Assembly (NCBI RefSeq): GCF_036365525.1
Contig: NC_090375.1
Span: forward strand, 185,823,233-185,887,232
DNA: 64,000 bases
Direction: 5' to 3'
Origin: Heterodontus francisci
Taxonomy: Eukaryota
Below the pieces are notes generated by a model. It was not told the DNA's origin. It saw nothing but the letters and a program-made list of their open reading frames with translations, and made no database searches. Every line of letters starts with the position of its first letter. Within the stretch, counting starts at the first letter, position 1. Positions 51,620 through 64,000 of this stretch are shown one piece after another. The position numbers and the translations under genes are program-made.

Positions 51620-52382
51620 CGGGGTCATGGTGGGGGGGGGCCCATAAAATACTTGCGAGAGCGGCCCGCCACAACCCCCGACACCATGAAGGCCCTGTCG
51701 CATTTTACTGGTGGCGATGAGGCCTCAGTGTGGACCCCCGCCGCTTGACGGTGGAACCTTCATTTAAATATTAAGATTAATTTTTTAAAATGCTAATTAA
51801 CTTATCTGGTCCTGGCAGTCATCTCATGCTGATTTTACAGCCACTGGCCGCAACTCCGTATGGAGTTCCAAGGCAAGACACTGGTGGGGAGGGGCGAGGA
51901 GTGAAATTATCAGGGTGGGGGGGGGGTAGCTGGGAATCCCTTATTGGCTGTGGGGATGGTGGGATGGGGTTGAAGGGCAAATGTCAAGAGGTTGGGGGGG
52001 AAAGTACGGGCTGCTAATAAAGTTAATTGTCTGCATTTTTGGCAATAAAAAACACATTGAGAGGCTTGAGAAAGGGCCTCCAGCTTTTAATTATTTTTAA
52101 AATGCAAATGAACGGTTATATAACTTTAAGACTTTAATTTGTTCCTAAAGGCATGCAGCCCTTTAAAAATGGTGTCGGAGCCTGCGCGGTGGTGCCAGAC
52201 ACCATTGCTGGGGACAGACCGGCTGCCCCCTTATGTCTTTGGAGGCAGCCGCTCCGCCCCCTCCATTTAAATAAGCCCCGTGCGAAATATCACGGGGGCT
52301 CAGCGGCGGCGCTTCCATGTCAGAAGGCCGCCGACCTCAAAAGGCACCGCCGCGAAGTGCGGTGTGCCAATAAAATTCAGGC
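51620..52382. mobile_element. GC-rich Harbinger-like MITE
   Basis: Ends aataaaattcagg; internal catttaaat motifs; shares gccctttaaaaat..gcctg with 56335-56684. Confidence 0.55.
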
Positions 52383-53261
52383 TTCCAGGGCCCAGCTTCC
52401 AAAAGACAAGTATTAGATGTGTACCATAGAATCGTCATGTGCAGTGAATTGCACTTAGAGGGGCTCTGCCGAGATGCCATAGTCAGCAGTCGGGTCTTCC
52501 TAGTCTAAGCTTCTCAATGTTGCTGGCCATCTGGAATCCTAGCTGACCAAGCACATTTTGCCTTTCTGTATTACCTGCATACACTACATAATATCCAGCT
52601 GCAGACAGCAGACAGTATAATAACAGCATCACACATTAATGTTCATATTCACCATCTATAGATTGAAGTGCAATTAATTCCTTGCAGAAGTCTATTTTGA
52701 GTGCTACATGTGGCGTATATCAGAATAGACAGACACTATCACAGTGACAACTATGGGAAAGATGCATCGACCCTCTATGCTTCTAAGGTGTAAAATTTAG
52801 TAGCAAAACACCTATTTGGGCAGCCATTGGCCATTGTGGATCTCAAGCCATTGTTTATGAATTGAATACTGTGCCAATGATTCTGCTTTACAGATGTTCT
52901 GGACCTAGTGTTAAAGACTATCAAAAATTATTTATGGCTATGGCACTCATGACTTGTTGGCTTTTGATGTCAGTGAAAGAGCTTCCATAATCTACCAGCA
53001 ACAAAGATGTATCCTCTTTCTGCACATTTTTCAACAGCTATCATCTCCCTGCAGTATTGTAGGAAGAAATAGGGACTGATAACAATGTTTATAACTAAGT
53101 GAATAAAGAAAGGGATTTTAAAACAAATCTTCAAAATGGCTTACCCAATCCTTTCTGCCCACAATCAAACAGATTTGGAATTCTTAATAGAGTGGCACAT
53201 TTTGAAGTTGTGAATGTTATACACAAGTCCTCAGCAATGTCTCGATCAACATTTGTCACAT

Positions 53262-53415
53262 AACCATGAGCTTTTAGTGGGAGCTTACTATGTGCAAACT
53301 AGCTGCTACATTTCCTACCTTACAACAGTGATTACAATTCAAAAGTACTCAATTGGCTGTAAAGTGCTTTTAGACATCCTAAAGTCATGAAAGGCACTAC
53401 ATAAACGCAAGTTCA
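53262..53415 (+). mobile_element. DeuSINE tail fragment
   Basis: gtgggagcttactatgtgcaaa..attggctgtaaagtgcttt. Confidence 0.75.
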
Positions 53416-54399
53416 TTCATTCAATGTCAGGGTTAACAGGAACCATGGCGTCATTACTAAAGACCAAATGAAGTCTTCAATCCTCAGTCATAGATGGAGT
53501 ATTTCTTTTTTAACACTGCCAACATAGAAACTGGGAAATTCTACATTTTTCCTTGGCTCTAATCTCACGTTTACCTGTAAAGTGCCTCTGGCTAAAGGGA
53601 CTAACTAGGGAGTTGTAAAGCTCTGCACTTCTTACTCATATTTACAGGCCAGAAGCAACTGGCTAGAAAGAAAAGCTAGAGAGCTGAGCGATTTGCAATT
53701 GCTTGTTCACAAGGAGACAACTGCTAACTATGTTAATAACAACACAAGACATACGGGCATGTGAATCCATACCTAACGGACTAAATTAGTTGGACACTCC
53801 TGGGGAAATACACACAATTTAGCAACACAAGAGACAGAAAACCTCCTTACTGTGTCATTTACTGAGTGGCTAGGGACACAGAGGGTTGAAGTGCCAAACT
53901 TACAAGGAGAATGGAGAGCAGTTCAGCAAAATACAGAGGGCTGGCCAGCACAACAGTCTGACTGGATAAGAGAGAAGAACTAATCATGCTGGACATTTTG
54001 TTAACAATAATTCAGCCATGTAGCCAAATATAAATGATCTTTTCTTCATTATTATTTAAATAAGAAATGTTGAAATAGAGAACCTTTTTGCCTGATCAAT
54101 TCAGTTACTACTTTGAAAGGCAATGTAGGATTAGGATAATGTGAATAAATAGTTGCAACGTTTTCCCACCCTGAATCATTACCCCAGAAACAAGAAATAA
54201 AGCACCCGAGCGGGTGATTACTTCCAAAGTGGAAAGGGATTGAGAAAGTCTGAGTCATTGGGGCAGCAGGGCTAAAGCCTTTAGCAGGCAAGTGCTGAGC
54301 CTGACTTGAAGATCGAGTTCCTTACCCTCCTGGAGACATGGTTGTGAGCAAACCCAGGAATAAAAATAACTGGGCATTTAAAATAAATTGCCTTTTCAT

Positions 54400-54553
54400 T
54401 TTCTTTTAGCACCTTCATTTATTAGTTATAAAATACTGGAGATTGGTTAAGGGGGGGAGGGGGAAAGCTGTTAGTCTGGGGTTGGGTGGATGGAGGCTGG
54501 AGGTCATGTGATGAAATCTCCAGGAATGCGTCCAACCAGAGCTGGCAACCCGA
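54400..54553 (-). mobile_element. Fragment of GGGTTGCCA-terminus DNA element
   Basis: Reverse complement matches the start of 61691-62047. Confidence 0.6.
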
Positions 54554-55509
54554 CTGAGATGGAGAGGAGGCCGCAACCAGTGTCTCTCCCTGCAGCGCAG
54601 GAGATGGAGGCCTGTACCACTGCCTTCCACAGACCACTCCCATCTTCCATATCCGTGGCCTTGGGAAGCAGCAGTCAGCAAGACAAATGGGAGGAAAATA
54701 CTCTGGGGGCCTGGGCCCATTCGGCCACCACCATTCCACCATTTACACGTGGGAGGGGGAGCAAGGAATAGCCAGAGGTGATCCTGGCAGGAGCAGGAGG
54801 AGAGAGATCCCAGTCTGTGGGGGAGGTGGGGGGGGTGGCGGGATCTAGCCTCATTCTCCAATTTTCTTTCATTCACCACCAGAATCCCGACCAGTTTTGA
54901 GAATCCTATCCGTAATCTCTAAATAGCTAAAGAACATAGTTTAAAATGTTTGCACTTTCCTTGGAAGAGACAAAGAAAAAGTATATCCTTGGATTTTTGT
55001 AGGAAACTTCATTAAATTATTTACTTGTTTAATCTTTTTAACAAAGGCACAGGACTAAACCTCCATCTCCATTAAATGAAAATCCCTTTTAATTTGTTTC
55101 AATAAAAATCACATAACAGACTCTTTTAAAAGTTGGAAAACCTGCGATGGGAAAGAAAGTGGCGTTAGTCGCACATATAATGCAGTCATCAATCGTAGGT
55201 AGCCAGGGGAGACTGAGAGATCGACCGGTGGTGGGTCTGGCAAGCTGCAGGAGGTATCAATTGTCAGAGGCATAGCTCACAGGATTGGGGTGGAGGAGAA
55301 AAGGGGGGGGTGTCAGGGATGAAACAAAATCATCAATCATTGGCAGTTCTGGTAACCATGGGAGACATCGATCACGGGCAACTGAGGCTGAAACACCGAA
55401 CAGGCGATAGAGTTTTAGACTGAAGCAGAAGCGATGTGGAAGCGATGAAATTCCAGATTGTTTTAAATAAAAACTTAACATTGCCATTTCTTTGATGTTG
55501 TAGAGAGGC

Positions 55510-56205
55510 TAATAAGAGTGAGGAACTTAAAGTAATTAATATCAACAAAAAAAAACGCATTCGGGAAACTTAAGGGATTAAAAGACGGCAAATCCCCAGG
55601 CAAACCTCCTACAGTTCTAAAAGAGGTAGCTGCAGAGATAGTGAATGCACTGGTTATGATTTTCCAAAATTCCCTTGATTCTAGAACAGTCCCAGCAGAT
55701 TCAAAGTTAGCAAATGGAACACTGCTATTCAAGAAAGGAGGGAGAGAGAGAAAACAGGGAGCTATAGGTCAGTTAGCTTAACATCAGTCATCGGGAAAAT
55801 ACTGTAATCTGTTATTAAGGAAATCTTAATGAATTTGGTAAATCATAGTATGATCAGACAGAGTCAACATGGTTTTACAAAAGGGAAGTCATGTTTGCTA
55901 AATTTATTAGAGTTTTTGAGGCTGTAACTGGTATGGTAGATAAAGGGAAGCCAGTAGATGCAGTATACATGGATTTCCAAAAAGCATTCGATAAGGTGCC
56001 ACACAAATTGTTAATATGCAGGTTAAGGGCTCAGAGAGTTGAGGGTAATATATTAGCATGGATTGGTTAACGGAAACAGAGTACACGGATGAATGGGGCA
56101 TTTTGAAGCTGGCAGGTTGTAACTAATGGAGTGCTGCAAGGATCAGTGCTGGGGCCTCAGCTATTTACAATCTATATTAATGACTTAGACGATGAGACCA
56201 AGATA
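55510..56205 (+). mobile_element. CR1 RT fragment; probably the 5' part of the CR1 that resumes at 60251
   Basis: KSPG, YRSVSLTS, MDFQKAFDKVPH and [17 protein letters not shown]. Confidence 0.85.
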
Positions 56206-56334
56206 ATGTCTTAGAGTCATATAGTCATTTACAACATAGAAGGAGGCCAATAGGCCCACTGAGTCCCTGCTGGCTCTCTGCAGAGCAATCCAGTCAGTCC
56301 CACTCCCAGGCTCAATCCCCATAGCCCTGCAAGT

Positions 56335-56684
56335 TTATTTCCTCTGCACTTTGTACAGCTGCGGGGGAGACTGTGACTCTGCAATCAAAGTGTTTTGGCA
56401 GGGGGACCGGGGCGAGAATTTATTTGTAGTAGTGGGTGAGGTATGGGGTTCAACTCTGTAGTTTCTGTGCAGGTCTGGCAGCCCTTTAAAAATAGCACCA
56501 GCGCCTGTGCAGTGGCAGCAGATGCTATTCCCGGTGTCGCTGAGGATGCCTCCACCACATGATTGGGGAGCGGCCCGCCCTGCATATTTAAATGACCCGC
56601 CGTGTGCAAGATTGCAACGGCACACCGCCCGTGCATGCGGACCGCCATTTTTTAACCCGGTGGCAGGAAAATAAAATTCAGCCC
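56335..56684. mobile_element. MITE right half with Harbinger terminus
   Basis: Ends aaaattcagccc|tta. Confidence 0.6.
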
Positions 56685-56999
56685 TTAAAGTACTTAAACA
56701 GCTTGTTAAGAGCCTGTTAGAGGGGTAGGTTCGAAGTTTCAAGGGAGAGCACAGGTTACACATGCTGTCTGTCGCAAATCAGCTGAAGGGAGATGGGCAC
56801 ACAGTGGGGACCCAGTAATGGCTGTCCCAGGGAATCACCCCAGCCCCATAAGAGGGTCAATGGGACAACGGGGTCTGGTCATTTGGTAAGGAGGTGTCTT
56901 TGGCACTGCACAGGTGGCAGGGAGAATGGAAACTCAGCACTCGGGTATTGAACAGGGTTGTCACCCCCTGGGGGGACAGGAGAGCAGGCGGCTAGGCTG

Positions 57000-58207
57000 C
57001 CATGGACAATGCGGTGGCAAACTGTCTAAAAGGAAGGCCACAGATGTCAATGGGGATATGACTGTCAGATTTCTGCCCTAGTGGCGATGAGGGCAACACC
57101 CTCCACAGGAAGGGCAGAACCCTGAGCATCAGGAGGACATGGGAGAGGAAAGAGTTGCAGGAAGGATACAGAGGCCATAGCCTCAACACAGGATCTACGG
57201 CCGAAGACGGAACTACCTGCAGATGACCAAGACTCAGTGCCACAGGAGACTGCGACTCTCCAGGCAAATGGTCACAAACATCTGCGCCCTCATCACCAAA
57301 GACCTCGCACCTTGCAGCACTGGTTGCCAGTAGCTGTCAAAGTCACTGTGGCCTTGAATTTCTTTGCTTCTGGCTCCTTCCAAGGATCAGCTGCAGACTT
57401 TAGTGGCATCTTGCAAACAGTAGCACACCTTTGCATCTCACAGGTCACTGATGCCCTCTTTGCCAGTACATTCATTTCACCACAGACCCAGCCTCACAGG
57501 GACAGAGGGCAGTGGGTTTCTCCGTCATTGCTAGATTCCTCCAGGTGCAGGGCATCATCAATTGCGCCCATGTGGCTATCAAGGCACCCAGTGACCGGCC
57601 AATCAGATTCATTAACAGGAAGGGCTTCTACTCCCTCAACGTCCAACTGGTCTGCGATCACAACAAGAGCATCCTCCATGTGTGCACTCGCTTTCCTGGC
57701 AGCTGCCATGACTCATTCATGCTGCCTCAGATCTTCATTCCAATCCAAAATGTCATGGCTAGATCCTAGGGGACAAGGGATATCCCTTGAAGACATGACT
57801 CAGACAGAGGTGCAGAGGCAATACAACCAATGCCACCTGCTTACTGGGATCAACATTGAGCTTCTTAAGATGTGCTTCCAGTGCCTGGACTGGTCAGGTG
57901 GTGCCCTCCAATACCCTCCTACAAGGGTCTCGGTCATTGTGGTGGTCTGCTGCATTCTCCATTACAGGGCCCTCCAGAGAGGTGTGAAATTTGATTACAG
58001 TGAGGCCCTAAAGGAGACAGCTCCTCAGGGGAGCAGCAGCAGCAGGAGGTGAGAGAGAAGGAGGAATTGGAGGCGGAGGGAACTGACAGTGAACAGAGAG
58101 GTGCCCCGGCTGCACGATGAGGTGGCTGGACATGGTTCAGGATACTAAGGGCTCTTCAGGATGCCATGAATGTCAGGGATGTCGTGATTGATGAACGTTT
58201 CAACTGA
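57000..58207 (+). pseudogene. Frameshifted Harbinger (HARBI1-like) DDE transposase
   Basis: [18 protein letters not shown]; [12 protein letters not shown]; QVTDALF; [14 protein letters not shown]; [15 protein letters not shown]; PGSCHDS; LGDKGYP; [13 protein letters not shown]; CCILH. Confidence 0.92.
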
Positions 58208-58499
58208 GCCCTTCTGACCCAGGATGAGGGCCATGGCATGGAAGGGAGTTTGAGACACCTGCTCTGACACATGCATGGAAGACACAGCCTGGAACATTTA
58301 ATCACTTTCCGCCAAAGAAAGCACATCTGCCCAGAGGCTTTGCCCTCACTGTGGAGGATCCCGTTATCTCTTTCACCACCTCATACTACTTTTCTTGTCA
58401 CGGCAGCAATGAAAGAGTCCCAGACTTGTGCCTTTAAGTGTCATTGTTTATATAGTGCAAAGAGTGGAAAACAGTAGACAGAGACAGGAAGAAGACACC

Positions 58500-59987
58500 C
58501 CAGTGATCCACTTAGTGCTCCGCCATTCCTATGCGGTGCTCCCCATGTGGCCTTGGAGGAGGTGCAGGCAGCCTGCTCTCTCATCTGACCTTTGTGACTG
58601 AGATGCATGTGGCGTTCATCCTTGTCATGGAGGTGCCCGTGGGGGCATCTCCAGAGGCTGCTGTAAAACAAATAGCCCTTCAGTCAGAGGGGCCAAGGAG
58701 GTTGAGGATGATGAGAGACCCCTGTGAGGCATCCTCCCTGACATCCTCAGCCCTTGCCGGGTACTCAAGATGCCTGATGGAGGGCACCAGCTGGGGCGCA
58801 GCTGGCATCTCCTCCAAAGATCTCTGCTCCACCAGCGCCTCTGGCCAGTCCATGCTACCCAGTATCTCATGAATCCCGTGGAGGTCAATGTGCAGCTCTT
58901 GCATGCATGCCCAGTTTGGCTCTTTAAGTGGTTGGCCACTGTCTCCAAGAAGGACTCATGTTCTCATAGCCCTGAACCATGGTGGGGCACATGAGCTGGA
59001 TGGACTTCTCCATCCTCTGCCTAAGACCCTGCACTGCCTCCAGGAACTCTGACATAAGGGAGCACATCTCTTACTGCTGTTTCAGGTAGAGCCTCTTTTC
59101 CAGTGACTTTTACATCTGTGCCCAGCTGGAGCAGGACAGTGCCTCTCCTCCCTGCTCCGAGGGGAACTGGTCACAGCTGCCTTTGTCTCTGGCACCTCTT
59201 CCTGCTCACTAGTACCAGGATCATCACCCTGTGCCACCATATCTACACACTCAGGAGGACGCGCCGAGGAGAGGGTATCTGTGCTGGTGGATGATGCACT
59301 CGTATGGTATGACAATGCTTCTTCTTCTTGGTGCTGCTCTGGGCCCATAGAAGGAAAGGGAGAGGGTGCCGTGGGTTGGATGTCTGCACTTGTGGGAGAT
59401 GCAAGAAGAGATGATGAGAGCTAGCCTAGCAGAGCAGAAATAAATCTCTGCAGTACTGAGGCTACCCAATGTTACTCAGCCCAATTAAAGTCAGTGGGGG
59501 TGGGAATGCAGGCATGTATCAATGATGAAAGGGGCCAGTAGGAAAAGGTCTAGTGTTGAGGGTGATGTGCTCGATGATGTCACCACATGCATATATATAT
59601 TTATATATATATTATATATATAATCAATATATATGCAGGAGACATGATCTCATAAGGAGACACTGTGCACATGGCCTGCAGACAGAACACACACAGCAGC
59701 ATGGACAAGATCTGGACTTGAGTAATGTGTAGAGTCATACAATGTAAATAGTTAAGGTAATAAAGAGTGTTGTATTGAACCTGAATATCAAGCCTGTGTC
59801 TATCCTTAAAAAGACTAACTGATCTACAGCGCAACACTACAAGGACCTCCCTCCTCTCCCTCACAGCCTCCAGCATTAAGTCAAGGTCCGCATCAATGAC
59901 CCAAGGGGCAGTCCTGCCCCAGGTTCCAGGCCTCCAGCTCTCCTCACTCATCTCACTTCCCTCTGGTGCTGTAGAAGACTTTGGCAC
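58500..59987 (-). pseudogene. Harbinger Myb/SANT-like accessory gene, disrupted
   Basis: RTAPWVIDADLDLMLEAVRERREVL[LTR]FLL resembles the NAIF1/MSANTD N-terminus; downstream acidic and S/T-rich segments. Confidence 0.65.
59549..59841 (+). mobile_element. Short solo LTR (293 bp) inside the Harbinger Myb-like gene
   Basis: Inverted ends tctagtgttg / caacactaca; AGG duplicated on both flanks; AATAAA about 80 bp from the 3' end; (TA)n inside. Confidence 0.65.
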
Positions 59988-60250
59988 ATAACGCAGATCT
60001 CTCCCTCAGGTCAGCCAGCAGCTTCAGTGATGGCTGCTGTGGGGAGTCTAAATCAGTCCCACACTTCATCTGACCCACCTCCATTCCTGCCCCCACTGGT
60101 TCTAATTAGACAGGGATTCCAGCTCCGTATCAATTAAGAGTTCAACCATATGAAAATCTAGACTTCAATCAGTCTCCCACCAAAGGCAGGTACCTGACCC
60201 GAAAACAAACCCAGCTCCTGTTTCCTGCCTCCAAGGCGACAATTCAGCCC

Positions 60251-60757
60251 TTGATCTCCATCTCTGAGGCAGGATATACTAGCATTGGAGGTGGGACAGC
60301 CAAGGCTCACTAGATTGGTTCCTGGGATGGGTGGATTGTCTATGATGAGAGGCTATGAAAATTGGGCCTATACTCTCTGAAGTTTAGAAGAATGAGAGGT
60401 GATTGCATTAAAACATGCAAGATTCTGAATGGGCTTGACACTGAGAGGTTGGTTCCCCCTGGCTGGGGAATCAAGAATTTGGGGTTGATCATTTATGACA
60501 GAGGTGAAGAGAAATCGCTTCACTCAAAGGTTGTGAATCTTTGGAATTCTCTACCCCAGAGGATTGTGGATGCTCCATCGTTGAATATATTTAAGGTTGA
60601 GCTAGACAGATTTTTGGTCTTTCAGGGAACCAAGGGATATTGGGAGCGGGCAGGAAAGTGGAGTTGAAGTCTAAGATCAACCATGATAGTATTGAATGGC
60701 AGAGCAGGCTCGATGGGCCATATGGTCTACTCCTGCTCTTATTTCTTATGTTCTTAT
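60251..60757 (+). mobile_element. CR1 3' end
   Basis: GLYSLKFRRMRGD..VVNLWNSLPQ; tail ttcttatgttcttatg. Confidence 0.85.
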
Positions 60758-60884
60758 GCAGCAGGTGGCAAATAAAAGTAACAGAGGCCAATCCACATGC
60801 AGCAGGTGTTAGAGGTCCAAGTGTCAATGAATAATTGCCTTTTGCAGGTGACTAAAGTTCCTCTCTTTGCTATTTTAGTAGAGG

Positions 60885-61100
60885 GGTTTATTCGACCAAA
60901 TTTTGTTTTGCCACGGCCCTCTTTATGCCTAAGAATTGGACGGTAACCTGACTAAAATTGGAGATAAAAAAGGTCCTGTCAACTTACTCTGGAGGTCTGC
61001 CCATTCTGATTTTCAATCGAACTTTGAGATAGGTGTCCAGAACTTTTGCCAGAACCAATTGTGGGTCTCCTTAATATCTGAAAATCTTGGTCAAATAACA
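60885..61100. mobile_element. Small MITE
   Basis: Imperfect inverted ends of about 18 bp: ttattcgaccaaatttt / aaaatcttggtcaaataa. Confidence 0.45.
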
Positions 61101-61690
61101 TTGACACCATGCCACTATTTTCATTTTGGCCCGCATTGCTAGTATTGATTGATCAAGCAATCCACAAGCCATGGGTAGCACAGGCTTGAAGACGGCCATT
61201 TTCAGTGGGACTGATAGGGGTCCTTAGTTACAGGCAGCGAAAGCTGGAAGCAAGTCTTGCACTATTTTTTCTGGCAGTTTCTTGTGTGGTTTAAACCTTA
61301 AAGGATTCCAATATTTATTCTCCTTGCTGCTGTAGGTGCTGCAAAAATATTCCCCACTGCTGAAAATTGTTGTGCTTTTTCACTCCTTCTCGTCTACACC
61401 TCTGCTTTAATGTGCTGCTACAGGCCATCATGACGGAGGATGGGAAATCAGGTGAGGTAACCAAACAGCAGATTGCCTATAAGAAGTGTGATAAGCGTTG
61501 GCAGCTCATTTGTTGCATTTACATGAGGCACAACCATCAAAATTGATTGGTCCTTTTTCTGAGATTATTGGGCAGGCAGAGTCCACAGTCTACCTGGTGT
61601 TTAATGGTAACAAAATCGACCCCAAAATGCTTAAATAAAATGGACCAACACCTCCACTAAAACAGCAGAGAGAGGAATTTCAGACAAGTG

Positions 61691-62047
61691 CAGGGTCGCC
61701 ATCTCTGGTTGGATGTATTCCTGAAGATGTCATCACATGACCTCCTGCCACCATCCATGACATTCAATATCCAAAATGTCCTCGGCTGCATCACTTTCCC
61801 CTGGCCAATCAGAAAGAGAATACACTCTTCATTATCTGATTGGATGATACTTGACTGTCAGTCAAGCAGCCTTTTCCCCCATGTCAGATATGTTTATTAT
61901 GAATAAACAAAAGTGTTCAAAGAAAATTAAAAAAACACAATTATTATGCCTCAATGATTTTCCACCTGGGATACATGTAGCAACGTGCTGGGGGTTAATC
62001 TTTAATTCCAGGAGACTCCAGGGCAAGCTTGGATGATTGGCCACCCG
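61691..62047. mobile_element. Non-autonomous DNA element with GGGTYGCCA-type TIRs
   Basis: cagggtcgcca ... tggccacccg. Confidence 0.6.
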
Positions 62048-62344
62048 ACCTAGGCTGGTGCAAGGTTGAGGTTGCCTGTAATCTTTGCACTAATCCTTCA
62101 CTAACTGGTTAAACACAAAAATGAGGAATTCTAGTGTTTTGGTTAATTTCCTGTCTAATTTCCACAGAATATGTGAAGGGAGTTTAGCTACCAATGAAAC
62201 TGCAATTAGTGGTACCATATAAATCTGTACACAGCTTAAGATTTAAAAATTAGTCCAGACAAAGTGGGAATGATAACCAAGGGGCAAGGAGAGGGCCAAA
62301 TAAATTTGAAAAGAGATCTTTGAGAAGATCAGGAAAGGGACAAA

Positions 62345-62835
62345 GAAAACGGAACTGAGAGGTTATAACTATTAGGAAACACTGAACAAATTGAGACTCT
62401 TTTCTCTTGAAAAGAGAAGGCTGCAGGGTGACCCCTGAGGGGGTCTTTAAAATTATGAAGGGGTTTGATAGGGTAAATGTAGAGATGTTTCCACTTGTGC
62501 GGGAGACCAAAACTATGAACCACTAATATAAAATATTATAAAATAAAATACTAATAAATCCAACAGGAAATTGAGGAAAACTTTAGCCAGGGAGTAGATA
62601 GAATGTGGAATTTAGAATGTGGAACTTGCTACCAGAAAGATAGTTAGGAAAATAACATAGATGCATTTAAGGGGAAACTAGTTCGGGGAAACATGAAGGA
62701 GAAAGGAATAGAAGAATATGCTGATAGGGTTAGATAAAATAGTGGGAACAGGCGCGTGTGGAGCATAAATACTGGCACGAAGCAGTTGGGCTGAATGGCC
62801 TGTTTCTGTGCTGTAAATTCTATGTAATTCTGTGT
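62345..62835 (+). mobile_element. CR1 3' fragment
   Basis: FSLEKRRLQGD..FKIMKGFDRVNVEMFPL; tail gaatggcctgtttctgtgctgtaaattctatg. Confidence 0.8.
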
Positions 62836-63347
62836 AACAAGGAACAAGATCAAAATGCTGATGGAAAGACAGTAAAGGCACAATGGAGGAGTAATGTTAA
62901 ACAGAAGCCATGAAGTACCAGCTTGATAGGCCAGACAGCTTTTCAGCTCAAAGCAGCGCAAAGTACTTTGACAGATTTCTCCCCTCACATGTGAACCCAA
63001 CCTTCTGTTGAAGTACAGACTGTAGAAATATCAGCGTATGTCGGTATATTAGCAAATTATCTGCCCCTACCACAGGATTTAAAAATACTTTGACAGACAT
63101 TAATGTTTGCGCAAAGTTAAACATAGTGTTGTCCTGTAAATAACCTCACAAGCATCAGAGGGTACAGGAAACTCTACAGCCTATTTTCCTACCCATCCCA
63201 GATGCTTTTAGCTCCCGTGTTCTCACTGAATATGAGCAACTGTGGTGGTTGGTGGGGGTGGGGGGGGAATACAAATGAGTTAAACACAATTAAATAGCTC
63301 CAAGCTCCCTCCTCCTAAAAGACACAAAGTTAATGATGTATTCTTAC

Positions 63348-63511
63348 CTTAAGAAATAGAAATATAGTATTGTAAGGGAACTAACGAACATCACAATGTA
63401 CAAGATGACTGTAATCAGTATGCCAGGGATCCCAGAATGTTCCATTCTGTAAAACAGCCAATAAAGCTTGGCTGCATCTGCTATTGGACTATCTGTACTG
63501 TAAGCCAGGCG
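63348..63511 (-). CDS. OFCC1: Coding exon of OFCC1/ojoplano-like transmembrane protein (164 nt, phase 0 to 2): RLAYSTDSPIADAAKLYWLFYRMEHSGIPGILITVILYIVMFVSSLTILYFYFL(R)
   Basis: Acceptor tcttgcttttcag|CGC and donor TTAAG|gtaaga; open frame with a long hydrophobic TM helix; phase matches the next exon. Gene identity comes from recalled similarity, not a search. Confidence 0.85.
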
Positions 63512-64000
63512 CTGAAAAGCAAGATACACCAATCAGTGATTCACAAAACAACTTCTGTGTGTGCTTGTCAGTTCACAGCTAGTCACTGGCACATTAACAA
63601 TCGTACAGGGACAGCGGGTAGTATTGCAATCCAGATATTTCTACTTAATTATACAGTCAGTTATACACGAAGCTGTTATTGCAAAGTTACTAACTTACAA
63701 ACATTTCTGGGCAGTGTCTGTATTTCTGCATCATTTTTACACAGATTATATAACGTTGAACAAAATGTTTTACTTGCTTATGTCACACAACCAATAACTT
63801 TCATTTGCTTAATATACAACTGGAGAGAAATTGGTTTAGGTCCGTCATAGGGCACAAAATGTTCGGTGCGTGCACGCGATTATGTGGGCACATGTACGGC
63901 TTCTAATTGGTTCGTGTGCCTCGTTCGAATGGAGTAGGCGGGGTGCTAGCTCGGCTCACACTGTTGATTGGCAGTTCATCTAATGCAATGGGAGATTCAG

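Larger units (their letters stand above)
56690..60250. mobile_element. Degenerate Harbinger/PIF transposon with convergent transposase (+) and Myb/SANT-like gene (-)
   Basis: See component entries; right terminus aattcagccc at 60241-60250. Confidence 0.85.

Noticed and set aside
57237-58052. 271-aa ORF as a functional HARBI1 gene
   Set aside because: Mosaic of frames caused by frameshifts, a mutated catalytic Asp and transposon context
63437-63850. 137-aa plus-strand ORF
   Set aside because: Overlaps the real minus-strand exon and intron; no protein features

Overview
This is vertebrate genomic DNA, almost certainly from a cartilaginous fish (shark-type CR1 LINE tails, SacSINE1/DeuSINE-like SINEs, Harbinger relics); it is not prokaryotic. 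Most of the supplied ORFs are spurious or are transposon fragments. The host gene runs on the minus strand as three phase-compatible coding exons (63348-63511, 49448-49607, 26731-26937). Together they give 531 nt and 177 uninterrupted codons with a transmembrane segment. I recognise this, from memory and without a database search, as the C-terminal part of OFCC1/ojoplano, which in other vertebrates lies in the TFAP2A gene desert. The large introns alternate between nested TE clusters and AT-rich, TE-poor blocks that look like conserved enhancers (mainly about 41-47.6 kb). The TE clusters include CR1, a second CR1-superfamily LINE, L2, RTE, DeuSINEs, two solo LTRs, two-gene Harbinger relics, Harbinger-type MITEs and a hAT MITE. 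I found no clearly new biological system. The most notable oddities are a 147-bp-period tandem duplication joined to a micro-inversion and a local duplication, a young RTE fragment with a perfect 45-bp target-site duplication, an RT-less internally deleted LINE, and a set of Harbinger elements and MITEs that share termini. Repeat boundaries are approximate unless TSDs are quoted.
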